From NCBI RefSeq assembly GCF_001194135.2, contig NC_068988.1, positions 47,737,111 through 47,783,023 of the forward strand: DNA of 45,913 nt, in the 5' to 3' direction. The translations under genes and the position numbers were made by a program. Shown here one piece after another: positions 24,877-37,427 of this stretch. This stretch comes from Octopus bimaculoides (Eukaryota). The first letter of the stretch is position 1, and the number at the start of each line of letters is the position of its first letter. Below the pieces are notes generated by a model. That model did no database searches. It worked only from the letters and a program-made list of their open reading frames with translations, and was not told the DNA's origin.

Positions 24877-26655
24877 GTATATGTGTGTATATGCACACTC
24901 ATCCACCCAACCATCCACACACATACCCACACATACATATACTGAGGTAGACACTCATAGATACAGACACACACAAACAGCAATAAAATATTCTCAGACA
25001 ACATTTATGTTTTTCTTATTGTTTCACTTTTGATCTTATTGCTTCTGTGATTGCTTGTTTGTTGTCTTGGTTTGATATTTTCATATTTGACAGTAATTTT
25101 CTTGCTTTCATTTTCTACCTTCTACTCCTTTTTCTATTTATTTTCTTTCTTTTCTTACTGTTCTTTACTGTCCTGTTATTTCTTTCATTACTTTTTCAGA
25201 TTTTCTATGAATTTTACTTGGCTGCATTCATATCTTCTGATTCTTCTTATTGATGCATTATTACAACAACTAAAAGAACTAGAACAACAACTACAACAAC
25301 AACAACAGTGAACCGACAGAGCAACAAAAACGACAACATCAAGATAACAGAATAAGAGCAAAAATAACAATAGTGTGACTAGACAACAGAAGGCAAAAGA
25401 AGACGAGGTAAGGCAAGGCAAATATATATAACTTTAGCATGATTATGGCACTGCGAAAATGCCATTGATTTCTAGCTGTGCTTTAGATAATGCTAAAAGA
25501 ACTTTATCCTTTTAAAACCCATTAAAACAACAACTATAAGAACAACAATGACAACAATAATAGCAACAACGACAACAAAGTGAACAAACAGGTAATAATG
25601 GAAACAAGAACTGCAGAAAAATCAACGACAACAAGTAACGCATACAAAAATAAAAAAGATAGAACATAACCACAACAGCAGTAACAAGAACAACAATGAC
25701 TGCAACAAGGAATTGAGATAAATTTTGAGTTAGGTAGTTCTGCTTGACTAATCAAATTTCATTAAGGAAATGGATTTGGGTGTGGATGGGTATAGCATTG
25801 GTATAGTGTATGTATGTTTGTGAGGGATTGGCATGGTTCATTGAAATGAGGGATTGGATAGTGATTATGATGATGATGTGGTGGTGGTGGTGGTGGTGGT
25901 GGTGATGATGTTTTGGGTGATGGCAAGGAAATCACTTTCAAGTAACTTTGTGTTACTAATTCTGTACACATCTTCCTTTGTAGTTTCTTTTGTCACAAGT
26001 TTCTGATTTTGTTGAGCTTATTTTGATGTTGTGTAGCCCAAGTCAGCCATGATAAACAACAAAAGAAATAAAAACCTATAGTACATATACAGCCAGCTGA
26101 ATGACTTTGATCAATACACAAATCAATATCTATTGTTCCAGATAGGCTAGTGATTAATTGTACAGGATGCAGTATGATAGTGTGGGCATGTTGTATATAC
26201 CCTTCGTTGTTTAATCTGTTTCTGTATATTACAATGGTGAATGTGAAGGAGAACTTAGCCAGGGCTTGATATTTCCTGTTACCATGTACTGCTGTTGATA
26301 ATTTAACATACAAGTCCAGTGTTGGAAAGTGAGACACAAGGAATCTGTTGATTGCTACCACAATATGCTAACATATGAAGCTCTGTGCAGTTGTCTAGTC
26401 TGTTAAAATTACTAGTCAGTTTTATCCCAAACGTCACCCTATAATCTTAAAAACTGAATAAATTATTATCTGGGACATTTCTGTAATTATTGCTATTTCA
26501 CTTTAACTGTGTCAACTGAAGCCTACTGAATAAAGAAACAAAGTTTTATCTACTCTCTCCAACAAGTGGCAAAATGTGCTGAAACAATTTGGCCCAACCC
26601 ATGCCAATATGATAAAGTTGGTGTAAAAATAATGATGGCTCATATGAAATACGTA

Positions 26656-26900
26656 CAGTCATGGCCAAAAGTTTGGAACATAGGTCTGAAAATTAGAATT
26701 TATATATTAAATGCCCAAAGTTATATTTTGATATATAACTGACCATTGGATCAGTTATTAGGTACTATACCTGTAAGTCACTCTTGGAGCAGTTATTAGG
26801 TAAGTATTTCTCTACATTGTATATATATTTGAATTGAATTGCACTTGGGCATAACAATTTTAATTTCTAAAAAAATGTTCCAAACTTTTGGCTGTGATTG
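26656..26900. mobile_element. Tc1/mariner MITE, 245 bp, TA TSD
   Basis: TA|CAGTCATGGCCAAAAGTTTGGAACA ... TGTTCCAAACTTTTGGCTGTGATTG|TA. The 25-bp TIRs differ at 3 positions. Confidence 0.9.
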
Positions 26901-27574
26901 TAATATGTACAAAATACTGGGTCGTGGTGGAGGGAGTTGCTTGTGATATTTGATGTATACTATATACTCTCTACAGTCAGTTGTGCAAGGTTGTATGTTG
27001 TTGTGTAATATGTGTTATGGTTCAGAGGTGCACTTTCCAGGCAAATAATTTGATGTGAGATTCTATAGTTACTATGTAGAGATGACAAAGAACTGACACA
27101 ACTGGTGATTTGCTGCACTTGAGAAGACACATCAAGCTCATTAAAATCAAGACCATACAGGTATGTATTTTATGACCATGCCCTCCCATCACCACTACCA
27201 CCACCACCACAACACATATAATTTATCTTCCATCAAACTTGCCCAACAACCCATCTTCTGGAATTATCCAATAATCTTTTGCTAGTTTGTTTTGTCACTT
27301 TGTCTTCTCTCCTGGTGCTGTATGAATATTTGATGTGGTTTTAGAGTCAAGTTTTGACTGCTATATCTAGCATGATGGTATCTTTTAGATACCCTTAATT
27401 ATATATTTTAATAGTAATTATTACCTATGAGGTTTTTATTCCCATGCTAGTCACTTGATAAGATAGGTATTTTAAATAATGATCTTATCCTCATTTATAT
27501 AAATATGTATGTGTGTGTGTGTGTGTGTGTGTTTGTGTGTGTGTATGTGTATATATAGGTGTGTATCTCTTTAT

Positions 27575-27779
27575 GGTTGTCCTGCCATCACCGCTTAACA
27601 TCTGGTGTTGGTATGTTTATATCTTGCAACTTAGCAGTTTGGCAAAATACACCAATAGAATAAGTACTAGGCTTTAAAAGAATAAGTCCTGGGGTCAATT
27701 TGTTTGACTAAAACCCCTTCAAAGTGGTACTCCAGCATGGCCGCAGTCAGATGACTGAAACAAGTAAAAGAATAAAAGA
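27575..27779 (+). mobile_element. SINE 3' module
   Basis: AATAAGTACTAGGCT...CTCCAGCATGGCCGCAGTC..ATGACTGAAACAAGTAAAAG. The same module recurs at 27948-28115 (-), 37428-37630 (+), ~42545-42700 (-) and ~5628-5705 (+). Confidence 0.85.
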
Positions 27780-27947
27780 ACAGAAGAATAGGTAATTTAT
27801 ATATATATATATATTATCCACCTGGGTAGGCATTAACCTTTCTTTTCTACCCAAAGAACACATCTTATCATTTAGCATATACTATATACAATACACTAAC
27901 AGATATGTACCCATGCATTACAGTTCATCTACTCAATACTATCTCAT

Positions 27948-28316
27948 TCTTTTATCTTTTTATTTGTTTCTTTCATTTGACTGCGGCCATGCTGGAGCAC
28001 CACCTCTAGCCGACTTCAGGACTTATTCTTTGTAAGCCTAGTACTTATTCTATCAGTCTCGTTTGCTGAACCGCTAAGTTACGGGGACATAGACATGCCA
28101 CCATTGGTTGTCAAGTTATGGGGGGGGGGGGACAAACACAGACACATATGCATACACACATACACACACACACACATATACGACGGTCTTCTTTCAGTCA
28201 CTATTTCTCAAATCCTCTCACAAGGCTTTGATAAGTCCAAGGCTAAAGCTGAAGACACTTGCCCAAGGAGCCACGCAGTGGGACTGTACCCAGAACCATG
28301 TGGTTGGTAAGCAACC
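27948..28316 (-). mobile_element. SINE (tRNA-like head plus 3' module)
   Basis: The minus strand has ...CCAACCACATGGTTCTGGGTACAGTCCCACTGCGTGGCTCCTTGGGCAAGTGTCTTC followed by the 3' module. The head is the same as at 36637 and 45858. Confidence 0.85.
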
Positions 28317-29549
28317 CTGCAATTCGTACTGTCTAGTATTTATCACATACTATAAACAGTGTACTCAGTAGCTTGTACTGCATATCAAATACCATGTACT
28401 ACATATTAACTAACTTGCACCATGTATTATTCATTATGTAATATGTACTATATACTGTGCACTATGAACAGTGTAGCATAGATTGTGTTCTACACATATG
28501 TATAGTCTATATGCTATACACTATTTGTATATAGTTTGCTATGCATTAGTACTAATTAGGAAAACAAGAAAAAGTAAAACTGAAGAGTTTTGAAAACTTA
28601 AGACTGGTTAAAACGCGTGAGTTTGTGTATGTATGTGTGCACCTTTTAACATGTGGCTTGTGTTAGTTGCATGCATATGTGAGTATGTTTGTATGTGAGT
28701 GTGCAGCTTTTAGCATGTGGCCTGTATTAGCTGCATGAGTACATGTGTGTGTGTGTGTATGTGTGCACGTGTGTATGTGGGTATTATGTAAGTTATGTAA
28801 ACTTTGGTTCTATTAAGAGAAGCCATAGAAGAACGTAATATATGAGACTGTCTGTAATTGCTATATTTTATGGCTTTCATAATTTCCTAATTTTCGAATG
28901 TAGTTCTTCATTCACAATAGACTTTGTGTTCTATAATGTCTTTTAGTCACCTTTTCATGTCATATATCTTGAGGTAGTTCATACTTCTTTATTTCCTGCT
29001 GGTCTACAATTATATAACTCTCTTAACCAAAGTTATTGTCATTATTTAGCTCCAGGTCAGCCCCGAGACTGAACAGAACTATCTATAGTTACAGGCATTC
29101 TGACCATGACTCCCTCCTCTGTTCTTTTTGACATGGGGGATATAGGCCTACACTAACAAATGTTACCTTTGTTTAGTTTATTTTTTCAACGTGGCAAAAT
29201 ACAATTTGAAAGAAATTTCGTTAATATTTCTAGCAAGTCATGTGACTGTGTAGACTGTATAGAGTCCTTTATAGAGATTTCTGGCTTATGAAATTGTTGA
29301 TATACCAGCTATGATCCAACATGTCTAAGTATAAGGTTTACCTGCTTGAACACCTCAAGTATCATTGAGGTTTAATATAGCATGAACTACATCGCCTAAG
29401 GTGTTTTTTATTTTTCCATTGTAGTTGATAAGGACTAAGTAAATGACGTTGGTGATGGTGCCATGTAAAAGAGCACTCAGTCCATTCTGGAAAATGGACA
29501 TTAAATGATGAGGAGGATTATGATATATCATCCTCATCATATATATATA

Positions 29550-30375
29550 CAAAAGTTGGACAAAATAATGGAAATACCTAGCATCATTGCATCAATATGT
29601 TGAAATAGCTATAAAACCGTCAAAAGCTTGCTTATTTTTATGTTTTTTGATTTATTATTAGTGTTGCTGCATATGTTTTGCTAAAATTGCTGTTTCTTAT
29701 CAGATATCATCAGGAAAAGGCAATTAAAATTCATTAAAATGACAAATCTATCGGACTTTCAATGAGGTAAAATTGTTGGTGCTTGTATGGCAGGTGCTAG
29801 CATAACGAAAACAGCCAAAATGTTTAGTCTATCAAGAAGTACTGTCTTGAAAGTAATGACAGCCTTTGAGAAAGAGGGAAAAACCTCCTCATCAAAACAA
29901 AACTCTGGAAAAAAACCAAAACTTTCAGATAGGGACTGTTGGACTCATACACAAATTATTAGAAAGGGATACAAATTACTGCAGAGCTTAATGATTACCT
30001 CGAGACCTTAGTTTCTCAAAAACTGTTCACCAGGAGCTGCACAAAGCTGGATTTCATGGGAGAGCTGCAATCAGAAAGCCACAACATTCAAAAACAAATG
30101 CCACAAAGCATTTAGAGTAGAGTAAAAAACCTACAGAATTAGTCCCTAGCGTAGTGGAAGAATGTTATTTTCTTGGACAAGCTATCCTTTACTTTATTTC
30201 TGACTACTGGCTAAGTATACGTGTGGAGACAACCAAAAGAAGCATTTGACCCTGACTGCCTTATTCCAACTGTTAAACATGGAGGAGGATCTGTGATGAT
30301 CTAGGTGAGGCTATATTTTGGAAATCCACCGACTCAATGGTTTCTCTTCATGGCAGAATTAAGTCAAGACTAAGC
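29550..30375 (+). mobile_element. Tc1-family transposon, 3'-truncated, with a transposase pseudogene from ATG 29739
   Basis: TA|CAAAAGTTGGACAAAATAATGGAAATACC is the left TIR. Translation gives MTNLSDFQ*GKIVGACMAGASITKTAKMFSLSRSTVLKVMTAFEKEGKTSS...WKNVIF...VYVWRQPKEAFDPDCLIPTVKHGGGSVMI. It breaks off at a SINE-head fragment (~30379-30427, -). Confidence 0.93.
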
Positions 30376-31482
30376 ATGAACCTGGAACCATGTGGTTGGG
30401 AAGCAAGTTTCTTACCATATAGCCACATATATTTACATATATACTTACACACATTCATATGTGTGTGCGTGTGTGTGTGTGTGTGTATACATGCACACAC
30501 ACATATTTACTTGTGCAAGTGCATGTGTGTAAGTTAGTATATATACTGTCACCACTGTATAAGAAGGGAAGATATTAACATTGATGCAAAACTCAGAATA
30601 ACTACATGCTTCAAATGAAGTCCTTTGCAATATTCTTTCTGCACCAAGTAACAAATACTCCTTTGTCACTCACACCCTTAGTAATCCAGTAAACAAGATG
30701 CTAACCAACTACATGACTGTTTCTTTATCATGATATAATATAAATAAGTAAATACACAATATGTGTGCATTGCATATGCACAATGCATGTACGCTATAAA
30801 ATGCTGTTTCGCTCTATCTTAAATTGATTTGATTTTGGTGATACTTCTATGAGATTCTTTTATACTACCAATTAACTCAATATTCTATTTCTGTTTCCTC
30901 AAGCTATCTTCCACTATAAGAAATAGATATGCATATTGTTCATATTCTTAGTCATGCTTGGCGATAGACATCAAGCTTAGCAGATATCATCAGCTTTCCT
31001 TTATATTTTTACTAGTGATGATGGTGTTCGATATATTTACTCTTGGCTTCTATGGAAGCTGTCATGGCCAAATACTTTACAAGTTTGATTTACATTCTCA
31101 TGGACACTGGCTCAATCCTAAAGTGTGGCACTTTCACCAATTGTATTTTATTCAGGTCAACCCAAGATTGGTCAGTAAAATCGGGTAGACTGAAACTGCA
31201 TGGAAACTCCAATTGGATTGTATTTGTAAATCAAAATTCTAGCTTTGTCGTGACTTTGCCATTATAATTCAGTTTGAGAATTATGCTTGAAAGGTACATA
31301 TGTCTGCAAGATATTCAGCCACTTATGTATTCATTTAATGAATTGGTCATCCAGTTCATCTAACAACTGAATATTCATCATTACAAACTGATGGAGATTC
31401 CACCATTAATACTACTGAATTCTGCTTGAAAATATAATAGTGGAGAGCAGATCCGCTTTTCTTTTGCTCCTACTACTACAAT

Positions 31483-31505
31483 TATTATTATTATTATTAT
31501 TATTA

Positions 31506-31566
<61 letters not shown>

Positions 31567-31650
31567 GTTTCTTCTTCTTCTTCTTCTTCTTCTTCTTCTT
31601 CTTCTTCTTCTTCTTCTTCTTCTTCTTCTTCTTCTTCTTCTTCTTCTCCT
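31483..31650. repeat. Compound (TTA)n-(TTC)n microsatellite
   Basis: Read directly. It explains the poly-K/N and poly-L/F ORFs. Confidence 0.97.
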
Positions 31651-32129
31651 CCTCCTTTTTCTTTAGCATCATATGCTGTTAATTTAATATACATCCAGAA
31701 GTTACATTCAATATATTCTATAACTATCTCACATTGGCTTTTGATTATTTCTATTTAACTACACATGTCTGAGTTGTATTTTATACATTCTGAAGTTGTC
31801 TACTATTGACATTATTTATTAGTATCTAACAAGTATTTTAGGAAACTGAGATATACTACAGGTGTTTTGTTATTGACTTTTGTTCACACAAGAAGCAGAA
31901 TGGGACACATAATTTTAAGTAGACACCTGTGGCTGTTGTTTTTAAGTATATGGAAGATTTGGCACTGTTTTGTGTGTGCTGTAATTGAACAGTGAAGAAT
32001 TTTAGTTGGATACAGCTTCCAATTATTTGTTGTTTTTGTTGTCTTGTTCCTTAGCCCTAGGTTGACACTGATTGACCGAAACACTTGATTTTCTGTCTAT
32101 TAACGACCTCAAATAGAATGGCATTACTC

Positions 32130-32370
32130 TACATGAACTCAAGGACTCTTCTGCTGACAGATCAGTGTGGAGGTCTTTCAGCTCATGAACAGCAACAGCC
32201 TTTGAAGAGGACTGGCAATAGCATCATGCTGCCAGAGAAAGACAACACAGGACAACATCCACCTCGATCCAGTCAACAGACTATTGCTGCGATATCTGTG
32301 GGTGCCTGTGTGCTTTCAATTTTGGACTGTGCAATCACATGCACTCTCATCACTGAGAACACAGACACTG
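32130..32370 (+). mobile_element. RTE-clade LINE, ORF C-terminus with C2H2-like tail
   Basis: The translation DRSVWRSFSS*TATAFEEDWQ*HHAARERQHRTTSTSIQSTDYCCDICGCLCAFNFGLCNHMHSHH* has the typical RTE terminus CxxCGRxCxSxxGLxSH. Confidence 0.75.
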
Positions 32371-33099
32371 GTGGATTACCACAAACAATTATGAAAAGAC
32401 TTACACGATTCTTAGTTACACTGATGTGAATATCAGAATGGGAATCGAAAGACATACATTCGAAACCACAAAGAAAACCTGATGAACCTAGGCAGGAGGG
32501 GTCCCGAATGTTATTGAATATACCTATCCAATCTTCATGTGAAATTGAGTGTAAGTTTCAAATAGATACTTAATAAGAGCACTCCATCACATGATACACT
32601 TAGGTTGAAAATGATACTTCATAATCAATATTAATGATATTATCTGAATAACCTCTGTGACAGGTCTGGGATAAAGACTCTTGCACTTGTTTAACTTAAC
32701 AGTCGATATCACAGAGAGTTAAATTCAAAATTTCATGATGATTTAGGATGGATAGGATAGCATCAGGAAAAATCAATTTAATAAAGTTCAAAATATTTAT
32801 AATATTCATCTGTTGTGAGGAGAGAATTCCAATGTTTGGAATTGGTAGAACTCTCAGAATACCAATATTATTAACATTTTCTAATTTTGTATACAAGTAG
32901 CAGATTCTTCAGACAGTTTGTCCAATTTTATATTGAGTTGACACTCTGTTCTTCTGTTTCAGTTGGAAGTTGTTCTTCACATGAAGAATAACCTAAAGTA
33001 GTAATTGCAATATACTTGGGTGTTTTATATGTTATGACTGTATATATACATGTCTGGCAGGGGTGTATATGTGTGCGTGCGAGAGAGAGTGTATAATCA

Positions 33100-33345
33100 T
33101 CATCATCGTCATCATCATCATCATCATCATCGCCATCATTTTGACATCTGCTTTTCCATGTTTGCATGGGTTAGATAGAGTTTTGTCAAGATGGATTTTC
33201 TAATTTTCTACAACTGGATGCTCTTCCTGACACAAACTCTCAGCTGCATCCAAGGTAATATTTCCCCATGTTTTCACAGAAAATTAGGAATGAAGGATAC
33301 TGTTTGCATGACAGAGGCATTTGTTTTCACAATGTCAAATCAATA
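33100..33345 (-). mobile_element. RTE-tail SINE/LINE 3' end with (GAT)n tail
   Basis: On + it reads (CAT)n...TTTCCATGTTTGCATGGGTT...CTACAACTGGATGCTCTTCCT, homologous to the ends at 35531 and 43770. Confidence 0.7.
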
Positions 33346-33465
33346 CATACATATATATAAATACACACACCCACACACCCACACACACACGCACACACAC
33401 GTGCACACACACACACAGACACACACGCATATATATATATATATATAACTATTTGNNNNNNNNNN

Positions 33466-33518
<53 letters not shown>

Positions 33519-33801
33519 ATTTAAAGAAAAAAAACACAATCCTACTTTATATATGTATGTATATATATATATATAAAGTAGTATTATTACTGTTATTTAC
33601 AGTAATAATAAGGTGGCTAGCAACTTCACACCTTTACAGGCACAATATAAAGTAATTTAAAATTAGGTAGGGTATATAATACCATTTACTAAAATCAGAG
33701 CCATTGGCCCAAAAAACCACCATAAAAATTATGATAAAGCTACACACAAGCATTTTATGTGTGTATGTATATATGTATGTATGTATGCATGTATGTATAT
33801 G

Positions 33802-33847
<46 letters not shown>

Positions 33848-33964
33848 TCGAAGTGTACATTATTTTATGTCCATTACAGCTGATCTTGCTAATTGGTTTC
33901 GCACTAATGATTCAATGCCCCAGAGGTGTGTGTGCATTTGTGTATATATATACATATATATATG

Positions 33965-34003
<39 letters not shown>

Positions 34004-34359
34004 ATACACACACCAAATATGTCTACACACAAACACACATACATCACAATTTCGTGGTAAAAATTTAACTAAAGAAAAGAAAAGGGTGGAAAATGGGTAT
34101 GAGTTTGCTCCTCTAATTGCACTGTCTAACCAGTTCTGTTAAACTACTGCATCTGTGTATATGCATGATTGCCTGCATATGTGTGAATTTATGCATGTGC
34201 TTATAAAGGCGCATGTTTGTGTGTGTATGTGCATGAATGAGCAGAAATGTATTTGTGATTGTGTGAGTGGAAGAATGTGACTGTGTGCATGATTTAAAAA
34301 AGAAAAAAATTGTATTTCCTTTAAACATGCCCCTGTGTTGTACATATAGATCTGTACTA

Positions 34360-34920
34360 TGGAAAGAAGGGGGTGGTTGTAGAATAAAGGATGGGGGAAG
34401 AGGAAGATGGAGAGAAAGCAGTGAATGAAGAAGAAGGGGAGAAGGGAAGTGAAGTGGTGGATGATGGAGAAGAAAAACAACAGAGATAGGAATGAAGAGG
34501 AAGGAGAAGATGAAATAGAAATAAAGAAAAGTAAAAGTTACAAAGAAATAAAAAGATGAAGAAGTTGAAGAGGACGAGTAGTAGTAGTAGTTGTGGTGGT
34601 GGTGGTGAGAAAAGGAGGAGAAGGAGGAAAAGAAGGTAAGAAAGAAGGAGAGAAAGAGGGGAAATATGTGAGGAGGTGAGAAAGAGGGAAAAACGGTTAG
34701 GAAGAGGAGACAAGGAAATAGAGGTGAAGGGGAAAAGGAGAGGTGGAGGCAGAGGAGAAGAAGAAGAAGAAGAAGAAGAAGAAGAAGAAGAAGAAGAAGA
34801 AGAAGAAGAAGCAGGTGGAGGAGGAGGTTGGGATAAGGGGGATGAAGATAATAGTGTAAAGCAGAAGAAGAAAAAAGGGTAAAAATAAAAACTAACATGG
34901 AACACACGCTCAAGACAAAA
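34360..34920. repeat. Polypurine low-complexity tract including (GAA)n at ~34755-34811
   Basis: Read directly. Confidence 0.92.
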
Positions 34921-35461
34921 GCAGGAAAAAAATTGAAGATTTTCAAACTAAAAATCACCAAGGCAACAACAACAATAACAGTTACAACAACGATAACTAT
35001 AATAACATTTACAATAACAACCCACAGAATGTAGCTATTTTAGACTGGAGCTGTGTGGAGCAGAATACAAAATGGATGTCCGTATAAAGATTCTATTGAC
35101 AGAAGTAATGGCTAAGATCTTGAAATAAGTCTGTACACAAGTTAAAAGTTTATTAAAAATTGAAGAAATTCTACAGGAATATCAAAATAGAATTTATTTT
35201 GGGAAAAGAACTATTTTCATAATGTCTTGTGGTATTGAAATTTCTGTGAAAAATTATATTTCCTAACCTATCACATACATTAAGTGTTTAAAGACAAGCA
35301 TACACAGACATTAAATGTATGGTATATATATATGTGCGTGAATGCTGCCCCTGCCCCCTTCACCACACATGCACACATACACACACACGTCACATCGATT
35401 CTTTCATGCTACTTTTGTCTGTCATTCGACAGTGGCTTTGGTAGAGAAATCTCTCTCTCTC

Positions 35462-35530
<69 letters not shown>

Positions 35531-35534
<4 letters not shown>

Positions 35535-35937
35535 TCCTCATCATCATCATCGTTTAACGACTGCTTTCCATGCTAGCATGGGTTGGAAGATTTGACTGAG
35601 GACTGGTGAACCAGATGGCTACACCAGGCTCCAATCTGATTTGGCAGAGTTTCTACAGCTGGATGCCCTTCCTAACTCCAATCACACCCAGAGTGTAGTG
35701 AGTGCTTTTACGTCCCACTGGCACGAAGGCCAGTCAGGTGGTACTGGCAACGGCTATGCTCAAAATGGTGTATTTTATGTGCCACCTGCACAGGAGCCAG
35801 TCCAGCGGCACTGGCAACGATCTCACTTAAATGACTTTTCCCATGCCACCGGCATAAGCACCAGGAACGCGAAGCTGCAGCACAAGTGCCAGGAAGGCGA
35901 CACTGGTAACGATCATGCTCGAACAGTGGTGCCATCA
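35531..35937 (-). mobile_element. RTE-tail repeat with (GAT)n tail and internal GGCACTGGCAACGA-type subrepeats
   Basis: CATCATCGTTTAACG..TTTCCATGCTAGCATGGGTTGG...GAGTTTCTACAGCTGGATGCCCTTCC is the reverse of the element end at 43770-43957. Confidence 0.8.
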
Positions 35938-35942
35938 CGATT

Positions 35943-36057
35943 TTGGGTTCATTCCCACTGCGTGGCACCTTGGGCAAGTGTCTTCTACTATAGCCTCTGG
36001 CCGACCAAAGCCTTCTGAGTGGATTTGTTAGACGGAAACTGAAAGAAGCCTGTCGTA
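35943..36057 (+). mobile_element. SINE fragment, 5'-truncated head
   Basis: GGGTTCATTCCCACTGCGTGGCACCTTGGGCAAGTGTCTTCTACTATAGCC...GGAAACTGAAAGAAGCCTGTCG. Confidence 0.85.
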
Positions 36058-36636
36058 TATATATATATATATATAACAAATAATAAATGAGTATAAGCAT
36101 ATATACGTACAAGTATGTGCATACAGGCTCTTCCCCCGGACCACAAATTAAATTTGTACCATGGAGGAATGTAGTGGTGGACAGAAAACAAGACAGGAAA
36201 ACAAACGGAAAAGGCTATACAGCCAGACGTGAAAAATTATATGTATATTGAACGCTGTTAAGCAACGAACTGAAAGCAGGACGAAGTGAGTTCGCGTGTT
36301 TGCTTGGCGATAGCCAAGGATGAAAAGAATTAGTAACTGGACACATGTGACCAGCGAGGGTTAAGGAAGAAAGAGAATGGCAGAGGGAGAAACAAGGGGA
36401 GGAAGTAGAAAATAAGTGAGTCAACGAGAGGAAGAGAGAAATATAGTAGTAAAAGAAGGAAGAATGAGAGGGGGAAAATGTTATAGAGATAGAGATAGAG
36501 ATAGATAGAGTCGTGTCAGAAAATATAAAGTTCAAAAACTACTTACAGGGATGACGCGGGCGTTCGATCATGTAAAACAAATAATAAATGAGTATATGCA
36601 TATATATACGTACAAGTATGTGCATATATATATATA

Positions 36637-36777
36637 GGCGCAGGAGTGGCTGTGTGGTAAGTAGCTTGCTTACCAACCACATTGTTCTGGGTTCATTCCA
36701 ACTGCATGGCACCTTGGGCAAGTGTCTTCTACTATAGCCTCGGGCCGACCAAAGCCTTGTGAGTGGATTTGGTAGAC
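36637..36777 (+). mobile_element. tRNA-derived SINE head
   Basis: GGCGCAGGAGTGGCTGTGTGGTAAGTAGCTTGCTTACCAACCAC...GGGTTCATTCC, with A/B-box-like motifs. Confidence 0.88.
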
Positions 36778-37376
36778 TTTCATAAGAGTGGTACAACAAG
36801 GCACCGATATTTACTGGACAATAGCAATCACTNNNNNNNNNNNNNNNNNNNNNNNNNNNNNNNNNNNNNNNNNNNNNNNNNNNNNNNNNNNNNNNNNNNN
36901 NNNNNNNNNNNNNNNNNNNNNNNNNNNNNNNNNNNNNNNNNNNNNNNNNNNNNNNNNNNNNNNNNNNNNNNNNNNNNNNNNNNNNNNNNNNNNNNNNNNN
37001 NNNNNNNNNNNNNNNNNNNNNNNNNNNNNNNNNNNNNNNNNNNNNNNNNNNNNNNNNNNNNNNNNNNNNNNNNNNNNNNNNNNNNNNNNNNNNNNNNNNN
37101 NNNNNNNNNNNNNNNNNNNNNNNNNNNNNNNNNNNNNNNNNNNNNNNNNNNNNNNNNNNNNNNNNNNNNNNNNNNNNNNNNNNNNNNNNNNNNNNNNNNN
37201 NNNNNNNNNNNNNNNNNNNNNNNNNNNNNNNNNNNNNNNNNNNNNNNNNNNNNNNNNNNNNNNNNNNNNNNNNNNNNNNNNNNNNNNNNNNNNNNNNNNN
37301 NNNNNNNNNNNNNNNNNNNNNNNNNNNNNNNNNNNNNNNNNNNNNNNNNNNATTAATACATTTGTTTTGAAATATT

Positions 37377-37416
<40 letters not shown>

Positions 37417-37427
37417 TTATATGTTTG

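Noticed and set aside
25993-26361. 122-aa minus-strand ORF as a gene
   Set aside because: No recognisable domain. At best it is a faint RT-like remnant.
30958-31267. ORFs of 74-76 aa as host exons or an LTR-RT remnant
   Set aside because: No recognisable domain, with stops in alternative frames and no clear splice-site pair.
32420-32525. CTGATGA...CGAA as a second hammerhead
   Set aside because: Stem II cannot close (A opposite C at 10.1/11.1) and there is no valid stem III or cleavage triplet.
32460-32900. Second Helitron helicase fragment on the minus strand (LIFPDAIL...YSDNII)
   Set aside because: No diagnostic motif was recovered and the similarity could be chance.
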